Assembly (NCBI GenBank): GCA_946404125.1
Contig: CAMJCK010000008.1
Location: 17,667-81,666, forward strand
Length of the DNA stretch: 64,000 nt
Direction of reading: 5' to 3'
Source: an uncultured Bacteroidota bacterium
GTDB taxonomy: Bacteria > Bacteroidota > Bacteroidia > Bacteroidales > SZUA-534
Shown here one piece after another: positions 1 to 8,907 of the stretch; position 1 is the first letter of the stretch; each line of letters begins with the position of its first letter. Position numbers and translations under genes: made by a program. The notes beneath the pieces were generated by a model. The model did not search any database, had not been told where the DNA came from, and worked only from the letters and a program-made list of their open reading frames with translations.

Positions 1-359
1 GCGCCTATGCCACTAATCCTGCAGGCACAGCCTACGGCGAGCAGTGCACATTCACCACACAAAGCGGACTGCCAACTGTTGTAACTGCCGCAGCCACAGC
101 GGTTACGGCCACCAGCGTAACCATTGGCGGTACAGTGATGGACGATGGCGGTTTTGCCGTTACAGCACGCGGCGTGTGCTACAGCACGCAGCCCAACCCC
201 ACGCTTGCCAACCCGCACACCACCGACGGCAGCGGCACTGGCACGTTCACAAGCCAACTTGCTGGTTTGCAAAGCGGTATTACATATTATGCTCGCGCTT
301 ACGCGACAAATGCCATTGGCACGGAGTATGGCGAGGAGGTTGTTTTTAGTACGAAGTGA
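1..359 (+). CDS. C-terminal fragment of a repeat-containing secreted/surface protein (Fn3-like ~80-aa tandem domain); 5' end lies outside the window
   Basis: Frame 3 is open from the window edge to TGA at 357-359. Two tandem copies of a domain ending AYATNxxGTxYGE...F(T/S)T are visible (AYATNPAGTAYGEQCTFTT, then YARAYATNAIGTEYGEEVVFSTK). Confidence 0.6.
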   Translation, partial: AYATNPAGTAYGEQCTFTTQSGLPTVVTAAATAVTATSVTIGGTVMDDGGFAVTARGVCYSTQPNPTLANPHTTDGSGTGTFTSQLAGLQSGITYYARAYATNAIGTEYGEEVVFSTK

Positions 360-380
360 TATATATAACAGGTATAGGTT

Positions 381-1268
381 ATGGATGAGCAAAGAAAAAA
401 TGAAATTCCTATTTCTTCTTTAGAAGAATTTATCAAGGCAATAAATGAAAATTGCATTAATAAAGAAGGATTATTCCTTGAATCAATGGATGATGTTTGG
501 TTTCGTGGAGAATCTAAAAAACATACTAAGGTTATACCATCATTGTTTAGGGATGATTTTAATGAGAATATACCTAAAGGCATTTCTGTAACAAAAGAAA
601 GCGATTTGATTGAAATGGCATTTCAATCTTTTCCTGAAGTGTTTTCAAAATGTAATAATGCCATAGAAAGATTAGTAACTATGCAGCATTATACCTTGCC
701 AACAAGACTTCTTGATGTTACAAAAAATCCTCTTGTTGCATTGTTTTTTGCTTGTTTCGGAAATGAAGGAGAAGATGGACGTGTACTTTTCACGAAACAC
801 AACAAATCAGAAGAAAGAGATTTGAACATTGTTGCTACAATAATAGAATGTTGGGGAAATAACAACTCAATTAGTATTGACGGAATATATGCGTTTTTAA
901 AGAGCAAAGATTTAGTTAATCAAAATGAAAATGATTTTAAATCGTATGTAACAAATATTGTTACATCACCACTTTTCTACTTGCCCAAATACAATAATCA
1001 AAGGATTATTAATCAGCGTGGAGCAGTTATTTGCGCACCATTGTTTGAATTTGATGCAGAAGGAAACTTATTTCACAAAAAAGCATTTGACCTTTTTGAC
1101 TTTTTTGACGAAAAGTATTTTGAAATAACAGGTGATAAAAAAAGAATTCTGCGAGAATTGGATAATTATGGGATAAACGAGGCATTTATTTACCCAGAAC
1201 CTGAACATCAAATGCAGTACATTAAGAACTATTTCACTCCCATAGAACAATGGAAACTTGGTGTGTAA
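381..1268 (+). CDS. FRG domain-containing protein
   Basis: The family's signature motifs are present: WFRGES, QHYTLPTRLLDVTKNPLVALFFA, and NQRIINQRGAVI. The gene is visibly AT-rich compared with the upstream gene. Confidence 0.75.
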   Translation: MDEQRKNEIPISSLEEFIKAINENCINKEGLFLESMDDVWFRGESKKHTKVIPSLFRDDFNENIPKGISVTKESDLIEMAFQSFPEVFSKCNNAIERLVTMQHYTLPTRLLDVTKNPLVALFFACFGNEGEDGRVLFTKHNKSEERDLNIVATIIECWGNNNSISIDGIYAFLKSKDLVNQNENDFKSYVTNIVTSPLFYLPKYNNQRIINQRGAVICAPLFEFDAEGNLFHKKAFDLFDFFDEKYFEITGDKKRILRELDNYGINEAFIYPEPEHQMQYIKNYFTPIEQWKLGV

Positions 1269-1284
1269 TATAAAATGTATTTCT

Positions 1285-4200
1285 ATGAAACGCCTATTTA
1301 TAACCCTCACATATATAGTGCTCGCCATAGCAAACGCTTTGGCCGCAGACAATTTTGATTTTTCAGCAGTTTGCAGTAGTGGACAAACTTTGTATTACAC
1401 AATTGTGGCGCCTAATACAGTGGAGATTACTTATCCAAATAAAAATGCTTCTTCTTGGGAATATAAATATAGCGGCTATTCCAAGCCAGATGGACATTTA
1501 ACAATTCCAGACACTATAATAAATAATGCAGTAAAATATACTGTCAAAAGTATAGGTATGGATGCGTTCCAAAGTTGCACAGATATAATATCGGTGAAGA
1601 TTCCGAATACAGTTACCGACATTGACTATGAAGCATTTGCTACTTGCGAAAATCTTAAATTAATAAGTATTCCTAAAACTGTTAATTTTATCAATTATCA
1701 AGCGTTTAATAACAATGATATAACCATTTATTGCGAACTTGCAAGTCAGCCTCAAAATTGGTTTACTAGTTATAATTCCTACGGTACATTGTATACGGAT
1801 TGGCATAGTAAGAAAGGAACTGTTGTTTGGGGAATTAAAGCATCAATTACAGATGATTTCGTGTTCTATGCCACTGATACTATTTCTCGGCAATGTGGTG
1901 TGTATAAATATGTTGGCAATGATACTGATGTTGAAATACCTTCGAAGGCTTATTTTGATGGGAATGAGTATGCGGTTACGAGCATTGGTTACGAAGTGTT
2001 TGATGATTACACAGACTTGTTATCTGTAACCATACCTGAATCTGTTAGAAGTATTGACGAAAGTGCATTTCGTGGTTGTACGGGTTTGACTTCTATAACC
2101 CTACCAGATTCTTTGGTTAGTATTGGATATTCAGCATTTTATGGTTGTACGGGGCTTACAACAATAGATATTCCTAATTCGGTTACTACTTTTGATGATT
2201 ATGCTTTTGCGGAATGCACAGGTTTGACATCGGTAACTCTTCCTGATTCAATAACAGAAATTAGTCGGTGTATGTTCGAGAATTGTGAAGGGTTAACATC
2301 TATGATAATTCCAAATACCGTAACAAAAATCAAAGAAGAAGCGTTTTCGGGGTGTTCTAATCTTAAATTGGTTATTATTCCGAAATCTGTTGCGGCTATA
2401 GAGCGAATTGCCTTCAATTCCAACAAAATAACGTTTTATTGTGAGCACGAGCCTACCCCCGATTATTGGGTGAGCAACTGGAATTGCGGTAAGGGTACAG
2501 TTTTTTGGAACGTAGAACTCAAAGGCGATTATATTTTCCGTGTAACAGACGCATCATCGCATCAGGCTGAAATTCTGAAATATATCGGCGCGGACAGTGT
2601 TTTGTCGATACCAGCAAGCGTAACGTTCGACGGCACAGCGCACACGGTTGCAACCATCAGTGAATCAGCGTTTAAAGGGTGCGAAAACCTGAAAGCGGTA
2701 ACCATCCCCGATGTGGTTGAGAACATTGGCGATAGTGCTTTCTACGGTTGCAACCATCTGCCGCAGATAGTAATTCCCAACTCGGTGGCCGCAATGGGAC
2801 AAGGTGCGTTTGGCGGTTGCAGCAGCCTCACCATCTACAGCAATGCCACAAGCAAACCAAAACAGTGGTCAACAGATTGGAATCCAGACGATTACCCTGT
2901 TGTTTGGGGAACAAAAATCGATGGTGATTTCTTCTATCAGATAACAAATGCCGCGCGGCGCGAGATTTCAATCGTGAAGTACGCAGGCAAAGATTCAGTT
3001 TTAGTAATTCCTTCAAAACCAATTATAAACAGCCTTGAATGCAGCATAACACGCATTGGCGATTATGCTTTTGCCGAATGCGACAGTTTGGTGCGAATCA
3101 CCATTCCAAACTCGGTGCAAAACATTGGTGATTATGTATTTGCGGGTTGTTCGCGGCTGTCGGAGGTTGTGATTGGTTCGGGTATTGCGAGCATCGGCGA
3201 GTCGGCTTTCAGCGAGTGCGGTGCTGTTAGTTCAATCAAAATCGGTAACGCAACGCCGCCAACTATTTCAGAATCAACGTTTGAGGATGTGGATAAGTGG
3301 ATTACGATTGATGTGCCGTGCACCAACATCGATGCGTACAAGGACAGTGATTATTGGAGCGATTTTGTGAATTACTACGAGCCGCCAGTGTACGCCGTCA
3401 CGGTGAAGGCGGAAAACAGCAAATGCGGCAATGTTACTATTACTCGGCAACCCACGTGCGACAATAATCAGGCGGTTTTCGAGGCCACAAGCAACACGGG
3501 TTTTGCGTTTGCCCATTGGAATGATGGTAACACCGAAAATCCGCGTACGGTGGCCGTGACAAAAGACACATCATTCACTGCGTTTTATTCAGCGGCTGAA
3601 GTCAGTGTTTCGATAACTACTGCTAATGCTGTGCAAGGTTCGGTGACAGAATTGTCGCGCATTCACTATTATTCTGATGAAATAACTGTTTCGGCCACAG
3701 CCAACTACGGCTACCATTTTACCCGTTGGAGCGATAGCGTAACCGCCAATCCTCGCACAATTGTTTTGCGTGGCGATACTGTCATTCAAGCGCAATTTGC
3801 TGCAAACCAATATGCTATAATGGTTGGTTGCAACAATGTGGTGTTGGGTTCGGTGAGCGGTGGCGGAACATTCGATTATCTTGCAACAGCCTCAATATCA
3901 GCCACTGCCAACCACGGATATGCTTTTAAGCAGTGGAACGATGGCAACTATGACAACCCGCGCCGCGTGACCATAACGCAAGACACGGCGTTCACGGCCG
4001 TTTTTGTACCTGATGAGGTTAATGTTGAGGTGGTTTCGGCCGATACTGTGCGCGGCAAGGTCTCCGCACTATCGGGAACGCATCATTATTACGATACGAT
4101 AACCGTCAGTGCCACAGCCAACTACGGCTACCATTTTACCCGTTGGAGCGATAGCGTAACCGCCAATCCTCGCACAATTGTTTTGCGTGGCGATACTGTC

Positions 4201-5697
4201 ATTCAAGCGCAATTTGCTGCAAACCAATATGCTATAATGGTTGGTTGCAACAATGTGGTGTTGGGTTCGGTGAGCGGTGGCGGAACATTCGATTATCTTG
4301 CAACAGCCTCAATATCAGCCACTGCCAACCACGGATATGCTTTTAAGCAGTGGAACGATGGCAACTATGACAACCCGCGCCGCGTGACCATAACGTGCGA
4401 CACTGCATTCACGGCCGTTTTTGTTCCAGATGAGGTTAATGTTGAGGTGAAATCGGCTGATACAGAACACGGTACGGTGACAGAGTTGTTGGGCGTTTAT
4501 CACTTCAACGAGAAGATAATTATTTCGGCCATTGCGGTGCCGCACTATCACTTTGTGGCCTGGAGCGACGGCAACCGCCAGAATCCGCGCGAGTTGCTGC
4601 TTCGTGGCGACACGGTGCTCACGGCCGCCTTCAGCATCGATACTTTCAGCGTTGCGGCCAAGTGCGATACGGCAATGGGCGTAGTGAGCGGCGCAGGGCT
4701 GTATAGTTACGGCTCGGCGGCCAAAGTTGAGGCCAAGCCTGCGGCGCACCACCACTTTGTGCGCTGGACAAACGGCGCCGTTCAGACAACGCAGGAGTTT
4801 GTGGTTGAGCACGATACGGCGTTTGAAGCAGTATTCGCTATCGACCGCCACTCGGTTGCGCTTGCCGCTTCCGATAGCCTTTGCGGCGCAGTGAGCGGAG
4901 CGGGCAGTTACGATTACGGCGCCAGTGTTCAGTTGCAGGCCACACCAGCCGCCAACTGCTATTTCACAGGCTGGAGCGATGGTATGACAACCAATCCGCG
5001 CACGCTCACCGTTGAGGGCGATACAACCATTGTGGCGGAGTTTGGTAAGTTGCAGACAGTCAATATTATGGTTGCGGCCAACGATACGCTTCGGGGCACG
5101 GTTGCGGGCACGGGCAGTTATGTTGTGGGCAACAACGCCACACTTTCGGCCACAGCCAGCGCCCACTACCTCTTTGAGCAGTGGTCCGATGGCCGCACCG
5201 ATAATCCGCGCACCGTCCGCGTCATAGCCGATGCCACCTACACGGCCGTCTTTGTGCCGATGCAGTACAACATTATTCTGTCGCAGAACAATGCCGATAT
5301 GGGAATGGTGTCGGGCAGCGGCGTTTACAGTTACGGCGAGCGCGTGAGTTGCCTTGCCAAGCCCTACCCAAACTACCATTTTGTGCAGTGGAGCAACGGC
5401 GAAACCGCCAACCCCTACGAGTTTGTGGTTGAGGAAGATAAGATGCTCACGGCCTATTTTGCCGCAGGAGCCGTCACCGCCATCGGCAATGAATCCGCCA
5501 CACAACCAACAATTTACGCCGTTGGCAACACCATTGTGGTTGAAAACGCCACAGATGAAATTCGCGTTTATGATGCAATGGGCAAATTGATTTGTAGGGA
5601 CGTGGCGTGCCGCGTCCGTGCGGAATTGCGCGTCAATGCCGCAGGTGTTTACATCGTGAAAACAGGCAATGTGGTGATGAGAGTGGTGGTGGAATGA
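1285..5697 (+). CDS. BspA-type leucine-rich-repeat surface protein with divergent InlB B-type repeats and a T9SS C-terminal sorting domain
   Basis: ATG at 1285 gives the signal peptide MKRLFITLTYIVLAIANALAA. Four LRR_5-like blocks follow (IP.SV..I...AF.GC..L). About ten copies of a ~70-aa repeat of the form GY.F..WSDG...NPR....D....A.F come next. The C-terminus (IRVYDAMGKL...GVYIVKTGNVVMRVVVE) matches the T9SS CTD pattern. Confidence 0.85.
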   Translation: MKRLFITLTYIVLAIANALAADNFDFSAVCSSGQTLYYTIVAPNTVEITYPNKNASSWEYKYSGYSKPDGHLTIPDTIINNAVKYTVKSIGMDAFQSCTDIISVKIPNTVTDIDYEAFATCENLKLISIPKTVNFINYQAFNNNDITIYCELASQPQNWFTSYNSYGTLYTDWHSKKGTVVWGIKASITDDFVFYATDTISRQCGVYKYVGNDTDVEIPSKAYFDGNEYAVTSIGYEVFDDYTDLLSVTIPESVRSIDESAFRGCTGLTSITLPDSLVSIGYSAFYGCTGLTTIDIPNSVTTFDDYAFAECTGLTSVTLPDSITEISRCMFENCEGLTSMIIPNTVTKIKEEAFSGCSNLKLVIIPKSVAAIERIAFNSNKITFYCEHEPTPDYWVSNWNCGKGTVFWNVELKGDYIFRVTDASSHQAEILKYIGADSVLSIPASVTFDGTAHTVATISESAFKGCENLKAVTIPDVVENIGDSAFYGCNHLPQIVIPNSVAAMGQGAFGGCSSLTIYSNATSKPKQWSTDWNPDDYPVVWGTKIDGDFFYQITNAARREISIVKYAGKDSVLVIPSKPIINSLECSITRIGDYAFAECDSLVRITIPNSVQNIGDYVFAGCSRLSEVVIGSGIASIGESAFSECGAVSSIKIGNATPPTISESTFEDVDKWITIDVPCTNIDAYKDSDYWSDFVNYYEPPVYAVTVKAENSKCGNVTITRQPTCDNNQAVFEATSNTGFAFAHWNDGNTENPRTVAVTKDTSFTAFYSAAEVSVSITTANAVQGSVTELSRIHYYSDEITVSATANYGYHFTRWSDSVTANPRTIVLRGDTVIQAQFAANQYAIMVGCNNVVLGSVSGGGTFDYLATASISATANHGYAFKQWNDGNYDNPRRVTITQDTAFTAVFVPDEVNVEVVSADTVRGKVSALSGTHHYYDTITVSATANYGYHFTRWSDSVTANPRTIVLRGDTVIQAQFAANQYAIMVGCNNVVLGSVSGGGTFDYLATASISATANHGYAFKQWNDGNYDNPRRVTITCDTAFTAVFVPDEVNVEVKSADTEHGTVTELLGVYHFNEKIIISAIAVPHYHFVAWSDGNRQNPRELLLRGDTVLTAAFSIDTFSVAAKCDTAMGVVSGAGLYSYGSAAKVEAKPAAHHHFVRWTNGAVQTTQEFVVEHDTAFEAVFAIDRHSVALAASDSLCGAVSGAGSYDYGASVQLQATPAANCYFTGWSDGMTTNPRTLTVEGDTTIVAEFGKLQTVNIMVAANDTLRGTVAGTGSYVVGNNATLSATASAHYLFEQWSDGRTDNPRTVRVIADATYTAVFVPMQYNIILSQNNADMGMVSGSGVYSYGERVSCLAKPYPNYHFVQWSNGETANPYEFVVEEDKMLTAYFAAGAVTAIGNESATQPTIYAVGNTIVVENATDEIRVYDAMGKLICRDVACRVRAELRVNAAGVYIVKTGNVVMRVVVE
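3694..4443 (+). repeat. 417-bp in-frame tandem duplication inside the LRR/InlB-B protein gene
   Basis: 3694-3978 and 4111-4395 read identically by eye over 285 bp. Similarity continues with scattered mismatches to about 4026 and 4443. The unit is 139 codons. Confidence 0.9.
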
Positions 5698-5747
5698 TAG
5701 ATATTATTCTGGTTAAATCGGACAAAATCGGTTAGAACATAAAAACG

Positions 5748-5783
5748 GTAGGGGGCGAATAATCATTCGCCCCTACGTGTTTT
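5748..5783 (+). terminator. Intrinsic terminator of the LRR/T9SS protein gene
   Basis: GTAGGGGGCGAAT-AATC-ATTCGCCCCTAC followed by GTGTTTT. Confidence 0.7.
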
Positions 5784-5915
5784 ATGCTACGCCCTTTCGG
5801 GCGGAAATTGTATGAAAATTTGGAATAAATTATTTAAAATCAATCATTTTCAATTTTGTATAATTTTCAAATCAGATTTTCTAAAAATTTCTCGCGAAGC
5901 GACAACCTAACCCCA

Positions 5916-5933
5916 TTATCCGCTAGCGGATAA
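5916..5933. promoter_or_regulatory. Perfect 18-bp palindrome TTATCCGCTAGCGGATAA (operator-like)
   Basis: Read directly from an otherwise AT-rich 320-bp intergenic region between convergent genes. Confidence 0.4.
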
Positions 5934-5964
5934 AATTCGGATTTGTTTGAATAGGTTTGGTTAG

Positions 5965-5996
5965 AAAAAAAGGCCGCAACCCATTCGGTTACAGCC
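5965..5996 (-). terminator. Intrinsic terminator of the coiled-coil lipoprotein gene
   Basis: On the minus strand, GGCUGUAACC-GAAUG-GGUUGCGGCC (with G-U wobbles) is followed by a U7 run. On the plus strand the same positions would be C-A mismatches. Confidence 0.7.
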
Positions 5997-6021
5997 TTTT
6001 TATGATTGATAATCTGGCAAA

Positions 6022-6894
6022 TCAGTTCACCACAATCACCAGATATTTCGAGCTGTTCCAGAACTTGTAGTAGTTGTTAACCACAAGGCTGTCAACAGGT
6101 TTCTGGCCGTAGATGGTGTATGAGTCGAGCGGATGGGCGGTTACCACCTTCGCTTTTTTGGCGCCGTTCAGGTTGAACGATGTTTGCTCGCGGATGTCGA
6201 TGCGGGTGAAAACGCTGTTGTCGAAGTCTTTACGCGCTTTTTTGCTGCCAACGGCAAAGTTGCCTTTCTTGTCGAGCACGCCTAATTCCTTCAGTTCTTT
6301 TTCCGAGCCGATGATGTAGTAGGCAGTGTTCAGCGCTTCGTCCTGGCCTTCGATGGTGGCGTTTTTCAGGTCCTCTTCGTTGCGGAGCGAGTCGAGCCGG
6401 TGTTGCAGGCTTCCGGCCAACGCGCTCAAGCCTTCAATTTTCAGGTTCGACGCTTGGAGTTCCTCTGTAAGATGAAGGATTTCAGCATCTTTCTCTTGAA
6501 TGCGCGATTCGAGAGAGGCAATCATCTGCTGCAGCTCGCTGTTCTTCACGTTGGCTTTTTTCAGTTTTGCCTGAAGGTTGTTGACTTGCTCGCGGTTTTG
6601 CTGCAGCATATTGTAAATCAGTTGAATATCCTCGTTGATTCTTTCCTCGCGGGTCTGGCGGGTTTCGGTGCCGGTGGCAGTCAGGGCAATAATATTCTCT
6701 TTGTCTTTGATTGCCTGCAAGTTATCCTCAATACTCGAGAATGTTCCCATAATGGCGTATATTGCCGAATCTTTCTGAACCACAATACGTTGAAGACTGT
6801 CGTTGCTGGTCATAAGTTCTTGCCGCGACGGGCCTTGTTGGCATTGGGTAAGCGTCAGTATGCCTAATGCCGCAATGAATGAAATTTTTCTCAT
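6022..6894 (-). CDS. Coiled-coil lipoprotein of unknown function
   Basis: Lipoprotein signal MRKISFIAALGILTLTQC. The central region is heptad-rich and Q/E/L-rich. The ORF is bounded by a strand-specific terminator. Confidence 0.6.
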   Translation of the reverse strand: MRKISFIAALGILTLTQCQQGPSRQELMTSNDSLQRIVVQKDSAIYAIMGTFSSIEDNLQAIKDKENIIALTATGTETRQTREERINEDIQLIYNMLQQNREQVNNLQAKLKKANVKNSELQQMIASLESRIQEKDAEILHLTEELQASNLKIEGLSALAGSLQHRLDSLRNEEDLKNATIEGQDEALNTAYYIIGSEKELKELGVLDKKGNFAVGSKKARKDFDNSVFTRIDIREQTSFNLNGAKKAKVVTAHPLDSYTIYGQKPVDSLVVNNYYKFWNSSKYLVIVVN

Positions 6895-6979
6895 TGTTTT
6901 AGATTTTTAGTTTATACAATGGCATAACGAATTTGAAGGTTCGTTATTGCTATATTTGCAATACAAAAATGCAAAATAG

Positions 6980-8008
6980 ATGGAATCATTGTTCGGAAAA
7001 ACTCTCGATGAACTAAAGCTGATTGTCAGCGAATTGGGGTTGCCGTCGTTCACGGCGAAACAGATTGCCGACTGGCTCTATAAAAAGGAAGTCAGCTCGA
7101 TTGACGAGTTTTCGAACCTGTCGAAGGTGGCGCGCCAGAAGTTGCAGGAGCGGTACGTTTTCGGCTTGACCGCACCAATAAAAATGCAGCAGAGCATTGA
7201 CGGCACCCGCAAATATCTGTTCCCCATTGGCGAGTCGAATTTCATTGAGACGGCGATGATTCCCGACGACGACCGCGTGACGGTTTGCGTGTCGTCGCAG
7301 GTGGGTTGCAAAATGAACTGCCGTTTCTGTATGACCGGCAAACAGGGTTTTCAGGCCAATCTTTCGGCAACCGATATTCTTAATCAACTGCGTAGCATTG
7401 AGGAGTTTAGCCGCATCACAAACATTGTGTTTATGGGTATGGGCGAGCCGATGGACAATCTCGACGAGGTTATGCGCGCCCTTGAGATTTTGACCGCCGA
7501 TTGGGGCTATGCGATGAGCCCGAAGCGCATCACTGTTTCCACCGTCGGCATTGTGCCCGGAATGAAGGAGTTTTTGGCCAATAGCAAGTGCCATCTGGCT
7601 GTGAGTCTGCACAATCCGCTTCCCGACCAGCGTGCCGAGATGATGCCCGTTCAGAAAAAATATCCCATTCAGGAAGTTCTTGATGCCATCCGCCGCCACG
7701 ATTTTGGCCTGCAGCGCCGTGTTTCGTTCGAGTACATAATGTTTGCCGGCCTTAACGATACGCCGCGCCACGTTTCGGCGCTGGCTGCTCTGCTCAAGGG
7801 CATCGACTGCCGCGTCAATCTGATACGCTTCCACTCAATCCCCGACAGCCCGTTCCAAGGCAGCGATGAGGCTACAATTCAGCAATTTAAAGACGCGCTC
7901 AACGCCCGCGGCGTGCTCACAACCGTCCGAGCGTCGCGTGGCGAGGACATTCAGGCGGCGTGCGGCCTGCTCTCGACAAAAGAGTTGGTGAAGCGGGGCG
8001 AAAATTAG
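6980..8008 (+). CDS. rlmN: 23S rRNA/tRNA (adenine-C2)-methyltransferase RlmN (radical SAM)
   Basis: Radical-SAM motif CKMNCRFCMTG, plus GMGEPMDN and the C-terminal QAACG motif. A TATATTTG -7 box lies at 6951-6958. Confidence 0.9.
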   Translation: MESLFGKTLDELKLIVSELGLPSFTAKQIADWLYKKEVSSIDEFSNLSKVARQKLQERYVFGLTAPIKMQQSIDGTRKYLFPIGESNFIETAMIPDDDRVTVCVSSQVGCKMNCRFCMTGKQGFQANLSATDILNQLRSIEEFSRITNIVFMGMGEPMDNLDEVMRALEILTADWGYAMSPKRITVSTVGIVPGMKEFLANSKCHLAVSLHNPLPDQRAEMMPVQKKYPIQEVLDAIRRHDFGLQRRVSFEYIMFAGLNDTPRHVSALAALLKGIDCRVNLIRFHSIPDSPFQGSDEATIQQFKDALNARGVLTTVRASRGEDIQAACGLLSTKELVKRGEN

Positions 8009-8012
8009 GCTG

Positions 8013-8507
8013 CTATTTCTGCACTAAAGCGCCTTCCAATCTTAACAGCGCAATTTTGTTTTCGATGCCGCCGCCGTAGCCGGTTAGCTTGTTGTTGGCT
8101 CCAATCACGCGATGACACGGAATAATAATGCAAATCGGGTTCCAACCCACAGCTCCGCCAACCGCTTGCGCCGACATCTTGGCAAGGCCGTTCCTTTCGG
8201 CTATCGATTTTGCTATCTCGCCGTATGTAAGCACTTTCCCGAAAGGGATATGGTTCAGAATCTCCAAAACATTTTTGCGGAACGGGGTGGCGTTGTCAAT
8301 CCTGAAATCAGGTGTGAAATCCGGTTCACGGCCCGAAAAATAGATGTCCAACCATCGGCTGACATCTTTAAAAATAGGCAGCGCTTTATTAGGCTTGGCC
8401 GCATTGCGCGATTTGGCAAAGTGCAAGCCAGTCAGCACTTTACCGTCCGAAGTCATCAGCAGGTTGTCGAATGCGGCAGGCGTGGTATAGACGGACGCGA
8501 AGGTCAT
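8013..8507 (-). CDS. ogt: Methylated-DNA--protein-cysteine methyltransferase
   Basis: Active-site motif IIIPCHRVIG and the downstream GYGGGIENKIALL are typical of the Ogt/Ada C-terminal domain. Confidence 0.88.
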   Translation of the reverse strand: MTFASVYTTPAAFDNLLMTSDGKVLTGLHFAKSRNAAKPNKALPIFKDVSRWLDIYFSGREPDFTPDFRIDNATPFRKNVLEILNHIPFGKVLTYGEIAKSIAERNGLAKMSAQAVGGAVGWNPICIIIPCHRVIGANNKLTGYGGGIENKIALLRLEGALVQK

Positions 8508-8821
8508 TTTTTCTTTTTCTTCACCTCGGGCAGCTCGTCGAACATTGCCGAAACCAACTCCGTCAGAAAGTCGCGGTTATCGACGTTGTCAACCAGAAGC
8601 ATCTCTTTCGCGCCCTCGTAGGGGAGTTGCAGCGGAGCGTCGGGCATTTTGGCCCGCGCCGATTCGACGGGCTTCACAAGAAATCGGTTGTCGTAGATGC
8701 CGCCGATGATTTTGTCGCGGTAATAGATGATGTACTCGCCCATCATTTGGCGGAAAGTAATGTCGTTCAGCCCCGAAAGCTGTTCGAGAATAAATTCAAG
8801 GTAGTTTTTACTCGACGGCAT
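8504..8821 (-). CDS. TfoX/Sxy N-terminal domain family protein
   Basis: The pattern LEFILEQLSGL..ITFRQMMGEYIIYYRDKIIGGIYDNRFLVKP resembles the TfoX N-terminal domain. A 4-nt ATGA overlap with ogt suggests translational coupling. Confidence 0.65.
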   Translation of the reverse strand: MPSSKNYLEFILEQLSGLNDITFRQMMGEYIIYYRDKIIGGIYDNRFLVKPVESARAKMPDAPLQLPYEGAKEMLLVDNVDNRDFLTELVSAMFDELPEVKKKKK

Positions 8822-8907
8822 TGCTTTTAGTTTTTTATGATTCGATGTTTTGAGTCTTTAATCTTTATCGTCTTGGTTTACAAGTTTTTATAGATAACGG
8901 TTTCGCA

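Noticed and set aside
7013-7834. Long antisense ORFs opposite rlmN. Similar ones lie at 28982-29953 opposite serB, 17006-17644 opposite the methyltransferase gene, 19387-20025 opposite the OmpA-family gene, and 38883-39365 opposite purN.
   Set aside because: In each case the sense frame carries unambiguous family motifs. The antisense translations have none.
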